A stretch of 62,868 nt of DNA, counting the filler. It is 4 parts of 4 records of this genome, joined end to end, with 100 filler letters (N's around TTAATTAATTAA, not from the genome) between each part and the next. Parts side by side here need not be neighbours in the genome. Positions count along the whole stretch, not along the records: positions 56,332 to 62,868 come from SRR2962707_5590; 3 more parts are not named here. One strand, written 5' to 3'. The position numbers were made by a program, and so were the translations under genes. The notes under the pieces are model-generated. The model ran no database searches, was not told the origin of the DNA, and worked only from the letters and a program-made list of their open reading frames with translations. Positions 56,881-62,868 of the stretch are shown here, one piece after another (position 1 is the stretch's first letter; each line of letters starts with the position of its first letter).

Positions 56881-59800
56881 ATGAGTGATCCCACGAGAGC
56901 ACTGTTTCACTCAACAAGCGACAAGCAGCAGCGCGGCGGGGAGTCGAACTCGCCCGCGCGCCCAGCCCACCACACTGGAGGCGGACCTGTCGCTGCGAGC
57001 AACTACTCGATTGCCACAAATGCGACCCCGCCGCGAATGCTGGAGTTGATTCAGATTGCGCAACAACGGTGGCTTGCGAAGACGGAACTGCACGAGATTC
57101 TCAGCAATGCGGCGCAGTACCGCCTTGCTGTCAGCCACGTTCAGGTTTTGCTCCCCCCCAGCGGCTCCCTGGTTCTGTACGATAAGTCCATTTTGCGGAG
57201 GTTTCGCAAAGATGGTCACGAATGGGTGACGAAGCGTTCGTCAAACACAACTCGCGAGGATCGCAGCCGGTTGAAAGTTAACGGGACGATCATCGATTGC
57301 AATTACGCGCACGGGGTACACCCGCGCTCGTTCCATCGTCGCATTTACCAGCTCCATGGTACCTCGCTTGTCTTGCTGCACTACCTGGACGATGAACAGG
57401 ACAACGTTGGGGACAGAGATTCAAGCACAACTCCGCGCGCGCCGGCAACTCCTGCCGGAAGTGCGCAGGCTTCTCCCCTTGTGCGTCGACAAGGGACCCC
57501 GGCAAGTGGGCCTGGTACACCATCGTCGAGCTTCGTGGCGTCGTTGACAGCTAGTACTGTGCCATCCAGCAGTCCTCACTTGACAAGGAGCAATCCAATC
57601 GACTCGACCGGCAGCGCGAGCCAATACCAGGTCAATACGGCAAACAACTGTTGGTTCGGCGTTCGCAGCTACTGCCCGTCCAACGCTCCAAGATGCGGAG
57701 GAAGTGACTTGCTCATTTGCACAGATGCGCCAACCGTAGTCAACGTTATGCACACAGCAAGCAACCCAGATGCAGGGCGGGGATTTCCGTCGGTGTTTCC
57801 AGACGTGTGGAAGCTGCAACGCAGCGGTGAAATGTCAGCGATGTTTACCGGCGCTGTCATTGGAAAAAGCTGCAATGCAGGCTACACGCTTGATGAAGCG
57901 TTTTTTCTTTGCGTTCGGTTCGGTCACACCGCTGTGCGAGCGCATTTACTTTCACCGTCTTGCATTCGTGTCAAGGTCCGTTGGACGAAGCTACCATGCG
58001 CGTTTCCCGCCTTCTACAGTTGTGTTGCCAGCACCGCCTCAACTAATCAAAGCAAGAACGCTGATGGCTTGCCCGTTGTAGGTTCCGCCATATGGCCCGG
58101 CAACGGCCCAGACAATGGTTCTTGGGACTCAATCATCAGCGGGCCCAGCAACACTGCAACTGTGCTTGGTCAACAGGCAAAAGTTCTGTGTGGCATCTGG
58201 CGACCAAAGGCTGCACGTCTTGTTGCAGCCTGCAGAACTCGGCGACACCAACGTGTATCGGTCATGCAGCCAAGGCCATGCATTTGAATACATGGAGGAT
58301 GCTTTGTTGGGGCGTCGCTTGCAGCGGGGGCAGCAACTTGGCCGACCCAACACTGTGCAGCTTGGCGCGAAGAGAAAACGCGTGCGAAAAATTTCTGCTC
58401 GTGAATCGTCAGAGGAGCTCCTGCCAGAACCGAACTCGAGCTTGTACGGAAGCGTGGGTGAGCACGGTATCCCGAACATTGAATGGGAGAGAAATGTAAG
58501 TGAAGCGCTCTCGCTCTCGCATGTATAAAATGGAACACAGTGCGTGTTTGCTGTTTCGTCAGTTGGGAGTGCTTTGTGTGAACAGTTTTTTCGGCCAGAA
58601 GGGCTCGAAGCTGCTGGCCTGGACGCGGGCCCAGGGCCAAGTCCAAATCGAGGCTTTGATGCGGACGATGATATGGATGCATCTGATCACGCGCACAGCT
58701 TTCACCAAGACAGGCAGCAAGCTGCGCGCAAGTACACAGGCACCCGGTCACAACTGCCTCTGTTCGATGACAGAAGCTTGGAAAAAATGAACGAAGGTGA
58801 CCTTACCCGGGTCTGCACCTCGTTGCTTGACCGGACCCTGCGACATCTGCAGGCATCGGCATTTGCTTCTGCCGCGTCGCCGGTGGATGGGCGAACACGC
58901 ATGTTGCAAGAAGTGAACCGGTGCGTTTTGGGTTGGATCTTCTTTTTTTTTTAAATGATTGGAGCTGCTTCGTGACATAGCTCGCTCGTCAAATTGTCAA
59001 TGTCGCACGGACGTATTGTGTCATAATGGCGGTGTTGCAGGCTCGACGAAGATGGTTTAAGTTTGCTCCACTATGCGTGTCTTTGTCAGCACTGTCCTTT
59101 GGCGAGGAAGCTGTTGGAGTCACGAGCAAACCCAAACCTGTGTTCTACAGACGGCCAAACTCCTTTGCTAATGGCAGCGTCAGCAGGGGCACTCGCCGTT
59201 GTGGAGGTAGATTCCTATTGTTTATGCTCCTGTCACGAAGCAAGTTTCAATGGCAAGCTCAGTTTTGCGTTGTTGTCAGGTCTTGTTGGACCACGATGCC
59301 GATGCCTCGTTGACGGACGAGAAGGATGGTGTATCACCCCTCCAAGTCGCGGCCGTCAATGGCTTCAGAGAAATTGTTGCTGCGATTCGAAAGAGCGGGA
59401 ATTATGGAGCGGAGGTGTGCCCAGCATCCACGTTACCCACCTTTTTCCAACGCTCTCAATAGCACATCGTGGTCTCACTGTTTGCTCCTGGTACCGCCAT
59501 GCTGGTCAACAGGTTCCGGATGATGCGCACCTTCGCGGTCGAGACACCACGTTCATTGACGAGGGCGATGACGACGAGTTTCAGGATATCAGCGACGATG
59601 ACGACGAAGACCATGGCCATGATCAGGGTCAAGACGACAAAGGTGGCCTTGGTGTTGGTTCGTTACACGCAAACAAGGGCGTAGAGGCTGCCAGAAACTC
59701 CGCAGTGGCGTTGTCAGCTGCTGCTGCCGGCCCACAGGACGGGTTTGTGCGCACTCAGCGTTCCAGCGATGGAATTTCTGGAGGCTTGGGAACGCGTCCC

Positions 59801-61044
59801 GACAAGACGGATGCTGCCGCAGCTACAGAGGCTGACGAGGCAGTTCAACAGCGTCTTCTCGTGGGTGCTTTTCAGACGATGACATTGCGCGAAAAATGCG
59901 CTCTTTCGCTTGCCGATCCCGCCAAAGAAAAATTTTTGTTTGGCTCTGGAGCTGTTGGTGATGGCTCAATGGCCGGTGATACGCCGTCTTCGGTTGGTAC
60001 GGCAATGGACAACATGTCAGCTGCGGATCGTGCGGACGTGTATGCTGACGTCGAAATGATTCAAAAGAATATCCGAAGGTGAGCCAAACACCGATCCGCA
60101 ATTGTTTTCCGCCTGTGTGAAACCATACACATCAGCGTGCTTAACCTGCCTGTTGCGTTTGGTCGTGGTGCAGCTGGCTTCTGCGACGGAATTACGTCAA
60201 GCTCCGAGACTGCTCGCGCCAAGTTCAAGCCGTAGCACGTGGAAAGAAAGCTCGCCAAGGCCTCCGGCAAAAAGAACAGGCTGCCACTACCCTCTCAAAG
60301 GAAATGAAGAAGTTCATGGCCAAGCGAAAATTTCAAAAATTGAAAACTGCAACGCAAACACTTAAAAGTGCTTGGCGCAAGAAAAAAGTTCATGAGTTGA
60401 CGCGAATGCGCAAACTCATATCTGCTGCCATGGTCATCCAGAAAAGTATGCTTGCATGGCGAAGTGGCAATGTTGCTGACAATGGTGGAGCCCCTGGGTT
60501 GAAGTCTTCACGCCAACTGGCAACCACTGCTACAAGTTCGTCAACAAGGTCTTCTTCAGCACCAGTTCAAAAGCGGATTCTGCGACACCATCGAAAAGCG
60601 ACACAGCCCACTCTGAGCCCTGTGGGCCAGTCCGAGTTGAATAGCACTTTCCTCGCAAACTCGCCGGATGTGCGCGGTCTTTTTTCACGCCGGCAGAGAC
60701 ACGACCTCACAGCTTCCGTTGCGTCCGGGGCTCCGCGCCGAGCGATAACAACCAGCGACGCGTTGCCTGATGGGGGGCTTTCCAGTGAATGCAATCAACG
60801 GCATACTTCAAGCCCCTCGCCCCTGCTGTCGCCACGTGATTTTGACGGCATGGACCTATTTCCAGACGACTTGGACGGACTTGGTGAACAAGACTTGGAA
60901 CAAAGCACAAGCCCGCTTGGCTCGAGTTCCCTTGGCGGATTTGCTCCAGTGGCACACCACTCTCACCATGATCACGACGGAGCCGTCACCGAAGATGACG
61001 ATCAGTTTCATCTGTCAGGATTTTCTGAAGACGGAGAGGAATGA
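56881..61044 (+). CDS. CAMTA: Calmodulin-binding transcription activator (CAMTA), spliced eukaryotic gene, ~1188 aa. Exons 56881-57975, 58082-58457, 58563-58920, 59041-59206, 59280-59414, 59513-60078, 60174-61044
   Basis: CG-1 domain (RWL..E, PPSGSL.LYD, FRKDGHEW, FHRRIY, VLLHYL), TIG (RFG..CIRVK|VPP), ankyrin repeats (LLHYA, GQTPLLMAA, SPLQVAA), IQ motifs (IQKNIRSWLLRR). Six GT-AG introns of 73-120 bp keep the frame; intron 2 boundaries are ambiguous. Confidence 0.85.
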
Positions 61045-61073
61045 CGTTGTAGGCCCCGCCCAGAGTCCGTACG

Positions 61074-61110
61074 GTTTTATTTTTAAAAAATAAAATTAAT
61101 AAATTAGTAA
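61074..61110 (+). promoter_or_regulatory. AT-rich 3' region with candidate polyadenylation signals
   Basis: AATAAA at 61089-61094 and 61098-61103, ~45 bp after the CAMTA stop. Confidence 0.5.
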
Positions 61111-61552
61111 TTACAGCTAATCGTAAAACGAAACACATCTGTCTGTCGCACGTGCTTTTCAAAATCTTCAAATGCCAGCGATTGAATTCCCACGGCGTGT
61201 TTAACATAAACTTGACAGCGGGACAGCGGCTGTGCCGCGAATACTGTCCGCTTTGGTAGTGTAAGCCAAGAACTTGAAGGTCCATACACGAACGGCTCAC
61301 GAAGACTCGGTTACTACCACAGTTTGCTGAGCGACTGAGGTTCAGCTCAGATAGTCTTGGCAAGCTTTCGTGCTGCTGAGGGTTTATGGTGCGTGCGGAA
61401 GTGGCTTCCAAGCGCTGCGGCAAAGTTGTTGTGTTGGTCGGTATTAGTGCTGCGGTTTATTTCATGTGAGCGGAACCACTTCATCGCAAGTTGGCAGAAG
61501 TCGTGCACTGCGCATGCACATGCATCTCGACATTGGCGGCCAAGGGCAGGAA

Positions 61553-62545
61553 TCAAACGTGCCCAAAGGAGGCAAAAAACACTTTACCCCCGTTTGCAGA
61601 GTCTGCTCTGATTCGACCGGGAAGCGGCACATCCGCGTCACTTGTCACCAACACTGTGCCATTGAGCGAGAATTCGACTGTGAGATCATCCTTGATTACG
61701 ATCTTAAACGGCAAGCTGTAGTCCAAGTGCCCCAAACTGACAGTCGATTCAGAACCCGCTTTGATATACGACCCGCTGTACAAGTGCTTGTACAATCTGA
61801 AAAACATCGAGTCCGTTTCGTAGATAGCGTTGGGGTTGTCTTCGTCCGGTGCGCATACAAAGCCGACCATAAACTCCCCATAAGAAGCAATCTTGAACTC
61901 AATGAAGTCTCCAGCAGTCGTTAGAGTCTGCGTTGCATATGCCATCGCTAGTTTCCATGTCGCGCCGGTGTAGGTTGGAATTAAGCTGCCAGTTGCCGAG
62001 TCGGTTTCCATATTTTGCAATTCTGCCCAGTCGATTGGCTCCACAGTGACTGTTGTATTCGATGTCGTCATGTTGGTGCTATTTGCCGATGGACGTGCCT
62101 GATTCGCAAAAAGCCCATCGATCACCTGCGTGATGTTCATGCCATGAGCAGTCATCCCACCGGTGCACGTGCAGATACCTTCAACTTGCACTGCAAATGC
62201 GTGGGGAGTACACGTGTGGGAAGGGGCTGCTAGTCCGCGGCGCTCTGGTCTCCCCACAGCGGCTGCAGCTGCGGCAGAACCCGTCGCGATTGTCGCCGCG
62301 GTGTTGCGCTGCCAAAGCGTGTCGCGAAGACGTTGCCTTGTGAAATTTGCAACGAGTTTGCTTTGCTGGCGCTTCACAGTGTCTCGATACGCGCGCAGCT
62401 TGTTGAGTTCGCCGCCAATTTGCTCGTTCTGCTCTGCTAGCTCACCAACGAGCGCTTGAAGTGCATCGCCGCGAGAGGTTGCCGCCAACGACGCGGCAGC
62501 AGCCCACACGAGCAAGTAGATGGTGGCCCAATACGACGACCGCAT
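61553..62545 (-). CDS. Secreted eukaryotic protein of unknown function (signal peptide, coiled coil, Thr-rich linker, beta-rich C-terminal domain)
   Basis: Uninterrupted 330-aa ORF; hydrophobic N-terminus; heptad-like segment; N-glycosylation sequons NFT, NIT, NST, NMT, NTT, NGT. Confidence 0.7.
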   Translation of the reverse strand: MRSSYWATIYLLVWAAAASLAATSRGDALQALVGELAEQNEQIGGELNKLRAYRDTVKRQQSKLVANFTRQRLRDTLWQRNTAATIATGSAAAAAAVGRPERRGLAAPSHTCTPHAFAVQVEGICTCTGGMTAHGMNITQVIDGLFANQARPSANSTNMTTSNTTVTVEPIDWAELQNMETDSATGSLIPTYTGATWKLAMAYATQTLTTAGDFIEFKIASYGEFMVGFVCAPDEDNPNAIYETDSMFFRLYKHLYSGSYIKAGSESTVSLGHLDYSLPFKIVIKDDLTVEFSLNGTVLVTSDADVPLPGRIRADSANGGKVFFASFGHV

Positions 62546-62724
62546 CGCTGCTGAGAATTCAGTTTCTCAAACAAACGAACCAACCGAGGCAGATTAGAAA
62601 CAACAGCGCCCAAACGAATGGGAAAATCAATAAGCGACTCCAAACGAACGACTGATTCAGTCGCTGTTGATGCCTGTCTACCTTGCTTGGTCTTCCGCCG
62701 CCACCGATTGAGGTCATGATCACA

Positions 62725-62868
62725 ATGATGATGATGATGATGCTTCAGCATCCCTACTGTGGATGTCTGCTGCGTTGTTGCCTCCACCACCGCCGCCGCC
62801 ACGGTCGGACGCGGATACATGCATGCATGCATGTTGTCGTATGTATGTAATGTATGTATGTATGTATG
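62725..62868. repeat. Microsatellite cluster: (ATG)6, (CATG)4, (TATG)n
   Basis: 62725-62742, 62818-62833 and 62839-62868. Confidence 0.85.

Noticed and set aside
56818..60082. ORFs 56818-58287 and 59063-60082 as separate complete genes
   Set aside because: They read through introns and are exon fragments of one CAMTA gene.
62437..62832. 131-aa ORF with a His6 tract
   Set aside because: The His run comes from an (ATG)6 microsatellite in low-complexity upstream DNA, and the ORF overlaps the secreted-protein start out of frame.

Overview
This window is not one locus. It is four unrelated contigs joined by artificial N-run/TTAATTAATTAA/N-run linkers (16540-16639, 46143-46242, 56232-56331). (1) 1-16539, Rhodobacteraceae-like: a uronate/alginate-monomer catabolic cluster (TRAP transporters, RraA-like protein, FadR regulator, kdgF, DEH-reductase-like SDR, KGSA-dehydrogenase-like ALDH, uxuA, kdgK) sharing a phased TATTACAAAT operator, followed by a heme-uptake locus (hmuSTUV plus a divergent TonB-dependent receptor). 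(2) 16640-46142, Hyphomicrobiales-like (Devosia/Pelagibacterium-type, inferred) core chromosome: tmk, dacA, rlpA, pxpBCA, accessory genes, tRNA-Ser(TGA), qor, TerC, mfd, recG, mazG, hflX, hfq, trkH, trkA, ntrX, ntrY. (3) 46243-56231, Alcanivorax-like gammaproteobacterium (inferred): tRNA-Ser(GGA) with a tRNA-linked multi-hairpin repeat, higBA, a PadR-controlled Lcp/MpaB-like oxygenase operon, tautomerase/LysR, epoxide hydrolase, a lipoprotein, DUF1302, and a 75-bp tandem hairpin repeat at the contig end. (4) 56332-62868, a eukaryote (probably a protist): a spliced 7-exon CAMTA transcription factor (CG-1, TIG, ankyrin, IQ) that the ORF track fragments, a convergent secreted protein, and microsatellites. 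I found no CRISPR array, integrase or transposase. The most promising leads are the DEH branch-point cluster, the oxygenase operon, the tRNA-linked hairpin element and the protist CAMTA. All family assignments come from motif recognition, not database searches.
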